A stretch of 63,637 nt of DNA, the filler included, from Octopus bimaculoides (taxonomy: Eukaryota): assembly GCF_001194135.2 (NCBI RefSeq). It is 4 parts of 3 records of this genome, joined end to end, with 100 filler letters (N's around TTAATTAATTAA, not from the genome) between each part and the next. Parts side by side here need not be neighbours in the genome. Positions count along the whole stretch, not along the records: positions 37,516 to 62,058 come from NC_068989.1; 3 more parts are not named here. One strand, written 5' to 3'. The first letter of the stretch is position 1. The number at the start of each line of letters is the position of its first letter. The notes under the pieces are model-generated. The model worked only from the letters and a program-made list of their open reading frames with translations. It was not told the origin of the DNA and searched no databases. Of this stretch, positions 40,229-54,500 are shown piece after piece. Both the position numbers and the translations under genes were made by a program.

Positions 40229-40572
40229 CTCATTGGAATGCGGTTATACTGGGGCACTATCTTGAAGTGTTTTGGTCGAACGAATCGACTTTAGTGTTTA
40301 TATATTTTTAAAGTCTGAGGCGTAATCTATCGTTCGCTTCGGTCGAAACACTAAAGAAAGCAAAGCTAGTAGTCAGACGGTGGTTGGAGACAAACAAAGA
40401 ACGTGCGCTCACTTACAACGGGCTTCTTTCAGTTTCCGCTCATCAAATCAACTCACGAAGCCTTGGTCGGCCCGAGGCTATAGAAGAAGGTGCAAGGTGC
40501 CAGTGGTGAGACTGAACCTGGATTCATGTGGTAGGGTAAGCAAACTCCATATCACACAGCCACGCCTGCGCC
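40229..40572 (-). mobile_element. SINE family 2, full length including head GGCGCAGGCGTGGCTGTGTG
   Basis: Homology to the other copies. Confidence 0.8.
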
Positions 40573-40959
40573 TATATATATATAAAGAGAGAGATTGATA
40601 AACACACACACATACAGACACACACATGTTATAATTTTCTATTCAGGTATACATTTTGTGGAATGCCGTTTAAAGCCCATTCGCAGTATTCGGCTACCTG
40701 ATGTCATCGACGGTATGGAGGTATAGGCCACTGAATTTACTTCAGGAATTATTTTGTGTCCGTAGAATCTATAAAAATATGAGAGAAAGAAAAGAGAATT
40801 CACGAGACTTTTTATTCACTACGATCGTTTCAAGTCTTCAAGCACTGATTCACCACAGCTGTTTTTACAACATCTCACTTGCAAGGTACCGGGGCACGAT
40901 GTGTCGAAACGGTTGTAGTGAATAAAGAATCTCGAGGATTCCATTTCTTTTGTCTCATA

Positions 40960-41061
<102 letters not shown>

Positions 41062-41080
41062 TGTGTGTGTGTTTGTGTAC

Positions 41081-41112
<32 letters not shown>

Positions 41113-42434
41113 GTATGTATCTGTATGTTTCCCTCTACAATTTTCAATCTTAAAGCATTGGTCGGACAGGGGCTACAGTAGAAGAGACTTACCCTACGGG
41201 AACGAACCTGTTAAAAAGGTAAATTATAATCTAATTATCAGGCCAATTAATCTTGCGTGCTCTCTTTCTCATGACGTTCAAATGAAAAGTCATTACAGAC
41301 AACTATGTCAGTTTTTTTTTCTTAACAGATGTACATGCATGCAAGCAACAGTGGCGCCGACGAAATCGGCAGCGTCTTTAAACCATTATCTCTCTCTAGT
41401 GTGACAGTTTTTGGCAGGATTTAGATAGTGAGAGAGCACTAACAGACATCATAGATTAACGTTTGCTAACTGTGGTAGCCATTTATCAGACAACAAAACA
41501 CATCTGTTATCGAAGGTACTAAGCTGTGATTAGTTTTAAATTTTGTCTCAGCAATTCTTTAACCCCTCTATATACCCGATAAAAAGATTTTCACTGGATT
41601 ATTGATAGTACTAGAACAAATCTTGGTTCATATATACGTAAATACCAAGTGAAACGAACGAGATGCTTACACCGTCTTAGTTAAGTTACAAATTTTGTGT
41701 TACGTTTTGTTGTTATATGTCTTGGCGTCATTATTAATGTCAGCCATGATTGTCGAAGGTAAATTCCGTGAGAAAAGTACATCTATGTAATCCGATCTGT
41801 TGAGCAAAAGTGTTTCTTTTTATACGCACACACATACATATATACATATATGCGTATGTATGTATGTATGTATGTATGTATGTATGTATGTATGCTTGCG
41901 TGCATGTATGTATGTATGTATGTATGTATGTATATGTGTGTGTGTGTGTGTGTCTGTGTGTGTGTATGTATGTGTGTGTACACATGCATGTATGTCTATA
42001 TATGTATATGAGACTGAAATTTTTAGTTACAGATCTGTGGTGAGTTAATCTCGCACAGCGGTAGAATGAAATGTGTATAGACACAATTTTAAACGGTCCT
42101 GTACACCTACACATCTGTTGTGGAAAGCACAATACATTTACATACATACAGAGATACGCGCACGCGCGCAGACAGACACACACACACAAATATATATGTT
42201 CAAACAGTACCTGAAGAAATTCCTACAAGAAGTAGTAGACAAACCACCAACAACTGGATACATCTCGGCAAACAGCAACGCCCTACTCTTGTGTTTTACG
42301 ATTGTCCTAAACATAACTTACAAGACTCAGATAATGTTAATAAGTTTGACACAGCTCGGAGAACCTATAATGATAAAAACCTAAATAATATATGCTTATA
42401 CTCACGCGCGCACGCAAATGGATTTGATATCGGG

Positions 42435-42780
42435 TTATTTTGACGAGAGAATCACGCTGTCAGAGACGGTCGAAAGAGTTGGTGATATCGAGCATAACAA
42501 AGTTGGTTTTCATTAGGGTTTTAGGTTGTGATAGCCCAGTAGTGAACGGCATTGAAGAGTTTGTCTCTGGTAGAGCAAGTCTTATGGAAACAATACTGCT
42601 TTTTTAAGAGGAGTAGGAGTTCAATGTCTTGAAGAAGGTTACTGGTAATGGAAAGCTATTTCCACCATCTTTAAGATAATGAAAATGTGTACATTAGGAC
42701 ATGCTGGCGAAGTCAGAGGGTCTGCTCTTCATAGGAATGGGACTCAGTGTAATGAAATTTTAAAAAATCGGATTACAACT
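42435..42780 (-). pseudogene. CR1/L2/Jockey-type LINE RT fragment
   Basis: KQYCFHKTCSTRDKL..HYW then FVMLDITNSFDRL, matching QYGFR..ST..L and LDISKAFDRV-type motifs; frameshifted. Confidence 0.55.
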
Positions 42781-42811
42781 TCGTAGAGAGAAAAAGACTA
42801 CCCTAATAATC

Positions 42812-42997
42812 CTTTCTACTATAGACTCAAGACCTGAAATTTTGTGGGAGGGTGTTAATTGATTGTATCAACCCCCAGTACTTGACTCGACTCTAGAAGT
42901 GTGAAAGGCAAATTCTATCTTAAAACGAAAAGACGGACAAAATGCCACTAAACCCTTCATCCGCCGTGCTAAATATTCGACCAGCTTGCTGCCTTCG
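42812..42997 (-). mobile_element. SINE family 1 (diverged, internally deleted)
   Basis: Head and tail motifs recognisable. Confidence 0.65.
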
Positions 42998-43040
42998 AGT
43001 TAAACCCTAATAATTAAATCGATCATTATCTACGTAAGTC

Positions 43041-43259
43041 TAAGGTGGCGATCTGACAAAACAGTTAGCACGCCGGACAAAATACATAACGCCATTTCTT
43101 CCGGCTCTTTCAGTTCGGAGTTCAAATCCCACCGAGGTTGACTTTGCCTTTCATCCTGTCGGAATCAATAAGATAAATTACCAGTCAAATATTGGAGTTG
43201 ATGTAATCGACTAGCCTCCGCCTACTAAAATTGCTGGTCTTTTGCCAAAATTTGAAACC
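43041..43259 (+). mobile_element. SINE family 1
   Basis: Full-length match. Confidence 0.85.
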
Positions 43260-43845
43260 CTTACTTACAGAAGTCTTTAGAATTCTGTGATTTTATCATT
43301 ATACTTAATTATAAATTCATATTCTATTTAATTATGCTTAATATATTTGTTACCAAGGTAGACATCAATGAATTTATGCCTATCTTAAATTCAATCTGTT
43401 TTAATGTCATATAAGTTTTTGCTTTGTCGATTATATTATAATTTCTTGTTTTACAAGCGTTTTAATAATGTTATAGCTAATAAATTACATTTAATTTTTG
43501 GGCAATTAGAAGTTAACACAAGCATTTTACTCTCAAGAAATAAATATATTCAATCATTTAACTCACTGAGAATAAATTTATAGTATTATTTTCCAATTAG
43601 AATTAAATGTATACAATTACTTCAATCTCTGAGAACGAATTTCCAGTAATATTTTACGATTTACGACTAGAAACGGAATAAATTAAAGATATGCATTAAG
43701 TTATTCTAAAATATTAAAAATATTCCCAACTCTACTACATATAACCTTTACACGGTTTGTTATCCATCATGGCAGCAATCTTGCCAGGTTTATTTGTAAC
43801 ACAACCTTTTTTCTCTATTAGCAATCTTCAAACAGCGTCTATATA

Positions 43846-43963
43846 CTAGGTGTCCACAAAGTCTGGGTACATGGGGATTAACACATACTTTTAAAACAAA
43901 ACAATTTTATTTAATTATAATGTTAATATTTACTCCATGTACCCAGACTTTATGGACACCCTG
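43846..43963. mobile_element. Tc1/mariner-derived MITE (118 bp)
   Basis: About 29-bp TIRs CTAGGTGTCCACAAAGTCTGGGTACATGG / CCATGTACCCAGACTTTATGGACACCCTG, TA on both sides. Confidence 0.8.
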
Positions 43964-44114
43964 TAGAATCCCATTGCTTGGACCAGTGTTTAGTAACCAT
44001 TTTTTTGTTTAGATATCACCCACTTTTAAACAATGCAAAGTTGTGAGACCTTGTAAACTCAAAATAATTCTTTAAAAATTGATGGTTTGAATAAGTGATT
44101 AATTTAATTACTCC

Positions 44115-44290
44115 TTAAGGCGGCATATGCTTAGCAGTATTTCATTCGTCTTTACGTTCAAACTCGCCGAGGACGACTTTGTCTTTCATCCTTTCGTTGT
44201 CGATAAAATAAGTACCACTTGAATAGTAGAATGAATGTTATCGACTTACCCATCCCTCGAAATTGCTGGCCTTCTGCCGAAATCTAAAAT
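44115..44290 (+). mobile_element. SINE family 1 (head-deleted)
   Basis: Core GACTTTGTCTTTCATCCTTTCG..GATAAAATAAGTACC and tail. Confidence 0.75.
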
Positions 44291-44725
44291 CAGTTTAATC
44301 ACTCTTTAACAACAAAATCCATGAGGTGTTGATATAAGTGAACCTACATCGCGGCAGGAAACAAAAAGAGAAGCAGATCTGTCCAACTCTTTGGAATTGT
44401 CTAGAAACCTACTCCTCGATTTTCTCCTAGGACATGTTATGAACAAGATGTATGACCCAACAGATGTATGAACAAGATGTATGATCCAGGGGTCAGGTGG
44501 TAGTGTTTTATGGTTTAGGGATAACGGATTACAGTTATCACTGAAAAAGAGGTGGAGGCCATCGGACGGGCTTCTTATGAAAATTTCAGTCACAAAGACT
44601 TCGTGACTTAATCGCGGCCATAGTAGACAACATAAGTCGAAAGGGATTCAGAGTGGGATCTAACCAGAAATCACATGACTGCGAAAGGGACTTAAAATTA
44701 AAAAAATACAGTGATTTTATATCAC

Positions 44726-44831
44726 AAAAATTGTGAATCAGAGTTTCACGTTCCCATTCGTCGGCCAGTTATGATTTCTTGATCACAACTGTCCGACGAA
44801 CAGAAACGTGAAACCCTGAGTCACAATTTTT
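44726..44831 (-). other. 106-nt hairpin (50-bp arms, 6-nt loop)
   Basis: 7 arm differences; 5 are G-U pairs on the minus strand. Confidence 0.8.
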
Positions 44832-45819
44832 CGCGAATCTTTTGCAGCTTTAGTAAAAAACTTCTATATATAAATATACATACATATATACATGCATATA
44901 TGTATATAAATACATACATACATNNNNNNNNNNNNNNNNNNNNNNNNNNNNNNNNNNNNNNNNNNNNNNNNNNNNNNNNNNNNNNNNNNNNNNNNNNNNN
45001 NNNNNNNNNNNNNNNNNNNNNNNNNNNNNNNNNNNNNNNNNNNNNNNNNNNNNNNNNNNNNNNNNNNNNNNNNNNNNNNNNNNNNNNNNNNNNNNNNNNN
45101 NNNNNNNNNNNNNNNNNNNNNNNNNNNNNNNNNNNNNNNNNNNNNNNNNNNNNNNNNNNNNNNNNNNNNNNNNNNNNNNNNNNNNNNNNNNNNNNNNNNN
45201 NNNNNNNNNNNNNNNNNNNNNNNNNNNNNNNNNNNNNNNNNNNNNNNNNNNNNNNNNNNNNNNNNNNNNNNNNNNNNNNNNNNNNNNNNNNNNNNNNNNN
45301 NNNNNNNNNNNNNNNNNNNNNNNNNNNNNNNNNNNNNNNNNNNNNNNNNNNNNNNNNNNNNNNNNNNNNNNNNNNNNNNNNNNNNNNNNNNNNNNNNNNN
45401 NNNNNNNNNNNNNNNNNNNNNNNNNNNNNNNNNNNNNNNNNNNNNNNNNNNNNNNNNNNNNNNNNNNNNNNNNNNNNNNNNNNNNNNNNNNNNNNNNNNN
45501 NNNNNNNNNNNNNNNNNNNNNNNNNNNNNNNNNNNNNNNNNNNNNNNNNNNNNNNNNNNNNNNNNNNNNNNNNNNNNNNNNNNNNNNNNNNNNNNNNNNN
45601 NNNNNNNNNNNNNNNNNNNNNNNNNNNNNNNNNNNNNNNNNNNNNNNNNNNNNNNNNNNNNNNNNNNNNNNNNNNNNNNNNNNNNNNNNNNNNNNNNNNN
45701 NNNNNNNNNNNNNNNNNNNNNNNNNNNNNNNNNNNNNNNNNNNNNNNNNNNNNNNNNNNNNNNNNNNNNNNNNNNNNNNNNNNNNNNNNNNNNNNNNNNN
45801 NNNNNNNNNNNNNNNNNNN

Positions 45820-45855
<36 letters not shown>

Positions 45856-46156
45856 CCTATAAGAATATCAGTGTTCTTTTGTTCTTTTTATCTTTTAAAT
45901 GTATTATATATACTTCAAAGAAAGAGAATCGTTCTGCTATTTTATACTCTAGGTGCTGGATCGCGTGAGGTTTGCTCCGACAAACCGTAAAAATAACATG
46001 GAATGATGGATGGTAAGTATAACGGTGTGTTAAATACCTTTTCATCGCTTCCTTTAAGACAGAAGGCAAGGATTTCGACTTACATGCATTAATAAAGCAA
46101 ATATGGAAATCTATATGAATTATATGCATGTGTAAATCTACATAGATGAATATATG

Positions 46157-46796
<640 letters not shown>

Positions 46797-46950
46797 TATA
46801 TACACATATATAGCTATGAGATTAATTCGTATGTAATAATGTTATGTATATATAATATATATACATAATATATATACGTATGTATATATATGCATATATG
46901 TACATGAACACACATATGTATGTCGATATATATATATATATATATATGTA

Positions 46951-46990
<40 letters not shown>

Positions 46991-48629
46991 TAAAAAATCT
47001 CAAAAGCCTCTCTTTGTTGTATACATGACTACACACATAAGTGCACTTGATTCGGTTCATAGATATGTGCTTGTTTGCATAGTAGCATTTGTATGTATGC
47101 ATATGTCTCTGTGTGAGTATTCATGTGTGTGTGTGTGTGTGTGTGTGAAGCGAGAGAGAGAGAGAGAGAGAGGGGGAGAGGGAGAGAAAGAAAGGGAGAG
47201 AGGGAGCTTGACAGCTAGATGGATGGATAGATATGCGCGTAAATTATATCACCCACCGAGTGTTTGTAATGGTTAAATTAGCATACATGCATACATAGAT
47301 AAGACTTACGTGTATACAAACGTGCATGAGTGTGATTTTGAGTGAGTTTGTCTATGCATGTTTGTGTATACCTACGTTTCTGCATGCTTGTGGCTATATG
47401 CATAACTAACATATAAGTTTGTGAACATATTTGTATGTATATTTATACATGTGTATATAAATACGAATATAAAATGACTAAAGAAATATACGCGCGTGCA
47501 TATATGTCTCAATATTGTTCATATGTACATGACTTATTCTATACAAGACTCAGTTTTATTTACAGTAATAAACTAAAACTAGTACTGCCATTTTATATTT
47601 TAAATGTATAACAATAAAAATTATTTCCTATTTTTTTCTAGTTCTATACCGTTGAGTTTTGTCTCTCCGCCTCAATATTATTATTCGTCAGCATTGTAAA
47701 ATTTACTAAGGTATAGAACCCTATAGGCGACAGGGATACAGGGATGATTATGCACACCTGGAAAACTGATTATCTCCGAAGAAAAATTTGTGTAATTTAA
47801 AAACAAATCAGACCTTATCAGTTGTCTCCACGTTAGCGTCGGACCATTCAACAGTGCATCGATACTTGATCATGCTAGCTTGCAGTAAAATAAAGAAATT
47901 CACAACCACATAATAGGTTTGTAAAGAAATGATGGGTTGGCCATATCATAGCATTCTAATGGCCATACTTTAACCTGGTTAAAATTTAACACCTCCAATC
48001 CATTCGCCCTGAAAATAACAAGTGCCATTATTGTAAATTTCGTAAATTCTACATCCGACATTAAGATAGACAGATTAACCCATGCAGCAAACCAAATTAA
48101 AAGTTGATATAAATCGATATCGAATCCTGAGATTCAGCTATAGCTTCCAAAAATCTAGTTAATAATATCGGTAAAAGAATAATTGAGGATTTAAGAAATT
48201 TTGACTACAAAAAGCATTAAAAGCTGCCCTAACAACTTACCACCCTCTAAGAGAAAAAGACAACGTAAAATTACTTAGTCAACATCTCTTTGTTTGAATG
48301 CAACAAAGTGGTTAATTTTCCTGCAATAATAAACATTTTGTCGTTAATCACCATAACAAAACTTAACAGTACCTCTCACTTGAAAGAATTAATTGCAAAT
48401 AATGCAACCATTTAAGATAAATTGTATATACAATACTAAAATCTTATGTCCTCTTAATAAGTCATACAATTGTCATCTAGGAAGAGGCTACCGCCATAAA
48501 ACCAAGAGTAGATTCCGACTGTAAATCTTATATCTATTTCAAACACATGTATGTATGTATGTATGTAGGTAGGTAGGTATATATATAGATTGGTTGATAT
48601 ATACATACCTATACACAGACACAGACACA

Positions 48630-48707
<78 letters not shown>

Positions 48708-49460
48708 NNNNNNNNNNNNNNNNNNNNNNNNNNNNNNNNNNNNNNNNNNNNNNNNNNNNNNNNNNNNNNNNNNNNNNNNNNNNNNNNNNNNNNNNNNNNN
48801 NNNNNNNNNNNNNNNNNNNNNNNNNNNNNNNNNNNNNNNNNNNNNNNNNNNNNNNNNNNNNNNNNNNNNNNNNNNNNNNNNNNNNNNNNNNNNNNNNNNN
48901 NNNNNNNNNNNNNNNNNNNNNNNNNNNNNNNNNNNNNNNNNNNNNNNNNNNNNNNNNNNNNNNNNNNNNNNNNNNNNNNNNNNNNNNNNNNNNNNNNNNN
49001 NNNNNNNNNNNNNNNNNNNNNNNNNNNNNNNNNNNNNNNNNNNNNNNNNNNNNNNNNNNNNNNNNNNNNNNNNNNNNNNNNNNNNNNNNNNNNNNNNNNN
49101 NNNNNNNNNNNNNNNNNNNNNNNNNNNNNNNNNNNNNNNNNNNNNNNNNNNNNNNNNNNNNNNNNNNNNNNNNNNNNNNNNNNNNNNNNNNNNNNNNNNN
49201 NNNNNNNNNNNNNNNNNNNNNNNNNNNNNNNNNNNNNNNNNNNNNNNNNNNNNNNNNNNNNNNNNNNNNNNNNNNNNNNNNNNNNNNNNNNNNNNNNNNN
49301 NNNNNNNNNNNNNNNNNNNNNNNNNNNNNNNNNNNNNNNNNNNNNNNNNNNNNNNNNNNNNNNNNNTTTAGAATAAGGTTTTTATAGTATATTTATTTTC
49401 TTGGTGGCATGAATAATGTTTTTCATTCTTGAATTGATTGATAAATGTTTTTTTCTCTAA

Positions 49461-49522
<62 letters not shown>

Positions 49523-49574
49523 CGTGTGCGTGTGTGTGTGTGTGTATACATGCATATATCATGGACTCACAAAT

Positions 49575-49803
49575 CGAAGAGATGTTCGTGTCGCACATTA
49601 GCTCTCCCCCTCCATCAAATCGACGTTGTCCGAACAGATGCACTGTGTGTCACGCCTCAGGCGTCCAAGTGATCGCAGAGCGATAACGTGAAATGGAATG
49701 TTTTGCTCAAGAGTACAACACACCACTCGGTCTAGGAATTGAAATCACGATCGCTGGGTAGCGAGTGCAACACCCTAATGATCATTAAGCCATGCGCCCT
49801 CAC
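49575..49803 (-). mobile_element. SINE family 3
   Basis: Minus-strand head GTGAGGGCGCATGGCTTAATG; homologous to 20120-20400. Confidence 0.7.
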
Positions 49804-50065
49804 TTTCATATACGTATACACATACACACACAATCACACACACACACGCACACAGACACACACTCACACACGCATACACACACAAACACACACACAAATA
49901 TCCACAAGCAAACAACAGCACCCTGGCGTATGTCTCGGTGAGAACTCAGCGATGGACCGGCATCCCTTTCATGAGGGGTGGAGAAGCATTGTAATTTCAC
50001 TCAATTATCCACTGTGGAAATCGGGTTGAGTTCCGGCCCTATGAGTGTTAAGGCTCAAAACAGAC

Positions 50066-50124
<59 letters not shown>

Positions 50125-50152
50125 CAGCAGCAGCAGCAGCAGAAGCAGAAGC

Positions 50153-50198
<46 letters not shown>

Positions 50199-50662
50199 TG
50201 TCATTTCTAAACATAGAAATACAGGAGCACACAACAGAGCAAAGTACATCTAGACTGCGTTACTTACACGAGCGGCTCCCGAAAGATGGAATGCAAAGTG
50301 TCCTCCAGTGCGACTTGAAACCGAAACGTTATTGAACGTGGGTAAATAGCTTTTCTGAAACTTTGTGAGATGTTCTACTGATTTCCGAAATCTGCCGCTC
50401 TTTCACAAGATGTGTGAGATGGTGGTTTGTAATCTTGTGTTACGTCAGCGATCAATGAGTCATTTAAGTGTCAGATCGACTATCTGTAAGGGGATCTCCA
50501 ATGTGTAAATGCACGTTATAGCAGAATGACTGGATGGCTGAGTGCCTGCATGCCTGCCTATCTAGTTATCCATCATCATAGCTGCTTGGCGGCTTGCTTG
50601 TTGTTTCTTTCACTGTGTCCCTCCCTTCTTTCTCTTTCTTTCACCACTTCCCATATCCGAAT

Positions 50663-50706
<44 letters not shown>

Positions 50707-50710
<4 letters not shown>

Positions 50711-53067
50711 GGTTATGACTTTTTAATTTCTTTGGAAGTAAACAATTTCCTGTATCAAAAGTCAATGAACAATTTCATATAAGTGGGGGAAATAACCTTT
50801 ATTTAAAATTTCTTAAAAACACGTCATCCCCAGCTGAAGAAATCTAACACTACTTTTGACCCAACTCATGCAAAATTCTAGGGGGTTCATAGTGCCTACC
50901 CAAGTTTTTACCAAATTTGCTGTGGTGACGTAATGCAATGCAGAAGCAGTATATCTCCAATTTCAGCTTTCAAATGTAGGTAGTTTAGGAGTTATAGAGT
51001 TTCTAATTTGTTACTCCTTAGGCCCTACTTTAGGAAATCTGGACTAAGAATCTCGTGCAATTTCAAGACTCACATAGGAAAAGAAGACCTGTTCCTCTAG
51101 AAGAGCATTCTTTTGAAAACAACTGGAGGATACCAATGAAACTTCAAATTTTCGGTCGCTACCTGTTCCTTGGTGGTACCATCAAAGAAAAGAAAAAGAA
51201 CAAAGGAAATTTCGAAAGAAGTAACATCTTTATAGCAAAAGAAATTAAATTTCCAATACTTATCAACTCAAAATTTAATGACAAAAGTAGAAAAGTGCTG
51301 AATACCTACAATAAATGTGTAAAACGAGGAAAACACGATTCATTTTTCACATCAGAAAAGAAAACGGTGAACGGCTGTGTAGTGAGGATAGAAGGTTATA
51401 TTATCTTCAAATTGAAAGTAAAGGACAAGTTGGGTATGCAACTGGAAAGGCAGCCAGTTCCAAAACTATCTATCTATCCAAAAGAAGAAAAGTGTCCTTA
51501 ATGCCAACTTCAACCAGAGCAACTTCAGACGTTGGCGATGACACTAGAGCAACTCTAGTGTCATCGTCAACGTCTGAAGCAGAGAATGAAAGGGAATATC
51601 AAGAGTCCGAAAAATCAGATGAAGAATCTACACAAGCAAGGAGAAAGTATAGCAAAACTGAAACTGCAACCAAGTTAGTAACACCTTCCAAGCTATCAAC
51701 CTCAAAAGCAGCAACAGTTTGTCGACAATTATCTCAAGATGAAATCAATGTCAATACTCCTTCCCAATCTGGTATTTACAGATCGACTATCAAAGAAGCT
51801 GTTAAACTTAAAAAAGAAAATGCAGAAAACTCTACAATTAGAAAACTGGTCATTGCATTTTGATGGTAAACATAGTGATGACCAAGAATCCCAAGTGCTA
51901 GTAATAAAGAATGAACAGAGAGAAGTTAAGTTAAAAGCACTTCAATTGCCAAATGGAAAAGCCAATACTGTTGTGAAAAGTATAACAGCTGTTTAAGATG
52001 AATGCGATTTATGGAACTGTGTAAAGATGATTGTCGCTGATACAACGAGTGTGAACACTGGAGAAAGGAACAGTATTGTCATTCAGTTGCAAAGACTGTT
52101 TGCTTAAAAGGGTTAGAAAGAACCGCAATTTATTGGTTGTCAGCATCACATCCTTGATAGATCTCTTCGTGTTGTAACGGATAACGAACTTAGAGAAAAT
52201 AAGTCATCTCCCAGTATCGAATATACATTCATCTCAGAGCTTGAAAGTAATTACGAGAAACACCAGACTAATTTCAACTATGGTGAAGAATAGATTACTG
52301 AATCAGCAAGATGGCGAGATGACAGGAAATTTCTATTTCATTTGACCAGAAGTTTTCGTTTCTTTGAAGAAACCGATAAATTTCCTACTTCAAAACAATA
52401 CCCAACTTAAGTAATGCAAGAAGGAATTCTCGAGCAATACCAACTCTTTTGGAATTTATTCTTCTACCAGAGAAAAGAGTTTTGCTTCTCAATGTTTGTC
52501 GATTCATCTCTTGCAGCTGGACAGATTTTTAGTTTACTGAGCAAATGTTCAATGCACATGATTATCAGAAGTTATGTAGTAGCCTGCAAGTTCATAAAAA
52601 AGCATTGAACTCAGTAAAAATCTTTGGGGGTCCATGACCATCAAAACTGGAAATTCCCAGAACAAATCAGAGTGCAGAACGGACAATCAAGTGCCTTCAA
52701 GATCTTTATGATGTTTGTAAAAAGGAGAAACTTCAGCTTCAATTTATTTTATCAAACAAAATATATCAATTCTTTCTTATGTTTTAAAATTTGCTAACGT
52801 TCAGCACCCTTTTTCTTATACAGCTATTTAAAATTGAAATTAAACCTATAAAGTTAAACCTATAAAGTTTAATTTTGTATGTTATCGAATGCTTGTAGTG
52901 GCCTCAGTCTTAAAATAGCCTGGTTTTGAACCTTTTCATAGAGTAATTTCATTTCAGTAATCTTAAAAATGTATAAATACACTTTTATTCCATATCTCTC
53001 TTGCGTTTACAAGAATTTAGCGGAAATACAGAAGTATGAATCTAGTACCACCTAGCGATTATAGTTT
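50707..53067 (+). mobile_element. Decayed DDE DNA transposon, hAT-like (possibly hATm group); transposase relic about 51055-52770
   Basis: WSLHFDGK (D1), IVADTTSVNTG (D2), GCQHHILD (CxxH), PRTNQSAER (E). Left end TTAGGGTTATGAC follows a (TA)n run; right end probably in the 53068-53467 gap. Confidence 0.65.
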
Positions 53068-53656
53068 NNNNNNNNNNNNNNNNNNNNNNNNNNNNNNNNN
53101 NNNNNNNNNNNNNNNNNNNNNNNNNNNNNNNNNNNNNNNNNNNNNNNNNNNNNNNNNNNNNNNNNNNNNNNNNNNNNNNNNNNNNNNNNNNNNNNNNNNN
53201 NNNNNNNNNNNNNNNNNNNNNNNNNNNNNNNNNNNNNNNNNNNNNNNNNNNNNNNNNNNNNNNNNNNNNNNNNNNNNNNNNNNNNNNNNNNNNNNNNNNN
53301 NNNNNNNNNNNNNNNNNNNNNNNNNNNNNNNNNNNNNNNNNNNNNNNNNNNNNNNNNNNNNNNNNNNNNNNNNNNNNNNNNNNNNNNNNNNNNNNNNNNN
53401 NNNNNNNNNNNNNNNNNNNNNNNNNNNNNNNNNNNNNNNNNNNNNNNNNNNNNNNNNNNNNNNNNNNTGAAGCAACTGTTGCTGATCCCTTAATTATGTT
53501 TATATATATATAAATATATATATAGCAAATTCATTTGCCAGCAGAACGTGGCAGTCCAATAAGAGGACGATGTTAATGTTCCTTAGCCTCAGGAAAACAT
53601 CTTTTGCAGCTGTCTATCGACACACAGTTTGCATCCGTATAGTATGAGCAAAGGAG

Positions 53657-53727
53657 GTCATCGCTTCCATCTCTAGCCTTCGTGATACTTATATATATAT
53701 GTGTGTGCGTGTGTGCGTGCTTGTGTG

Positions 53728-53801
<74 letters not shown>

Positions 53802-53832
53802 TATCACGAAGGCTCAAGATGGAAGCAATGAC
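53657..53832. repeat. 33-bp inverted repeats enclosing a compound (TA)(GT)(GA) microsatellite
   Basis: GTCATCGCTTCCATCTCTAGCCTTCGTGATACT / AGTATCACGAAGGCTCAAGATGGAAGCAATGAC. Confidence 0.75.
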
Positions 53833-54296
53833 ACACTGATTCAATATCACTTCTTTGTTAGTCAATTGGTTAAATATCCATCCGACTAACTAATCAATCG
53901 TTTGTTTAATGCGCTGGTTAAACAATCAGTCAGTTGTTTATTAGGCAAGGTTCTTTCGTCGCGATTCATGATCTTTGCAGTGTCTTGTTTTTTCCTCCGT
54001 AAGACCTGCTCGGAAACTGTCCGAGAAGGCGATATGAACCTTCCAAGAAAAAGACAAGATTCGTTTCGACACAAGAATTCATATCAAGAATCTTTCAAAC
54101 CGAATACGAAAACTGTAAATGTTATCTAAATGATGAAAATAATACTTTCTACTAAAGGTATATGACCTGAAATTTTGAGGGAGTAGGATAGTCGACTACA
54201 TCGCCCCCAGTCCCCGGGACATGCCTGTCTGACGGCACTTTCATGTCTATAGATTTTATCTCGAACCGATAGTGCTGAAAATGTGTGTATGTGTTA

Positions 54297-54500
54297 TTTC
54301 TTTACTACGCACAAGGGGCTACACACAGAGGGGACAAACAAGGACATACAAACGGATTAAGTCGATTATATCGACCCCAGTGCGTAGCTGGTACTTATTT
54401 AATCGACCCCGAAAGGATGAAAGGCAAAGTCGACCTCGGTGGAATTTGAACTCAGAACGTAGCGGCAGAGGAAATACCGCTAAGCATTTCGCCCGGTGTG
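54297..54500 (-). mobile_element. SINE family 1 variant with a different 3' tail (low divergence)
   Basis: Same head and core; tail TAATCCGTTTGTATGTCCTTGTTTGTCCCCTCTG..GTAAAGAAAT; head cut by a gap. Confidence 0.85.

Noticed and set aside
50707-50712. Telomeric TTAGGG
   Set aside because: Single unit; better explained as a transposon terminus.
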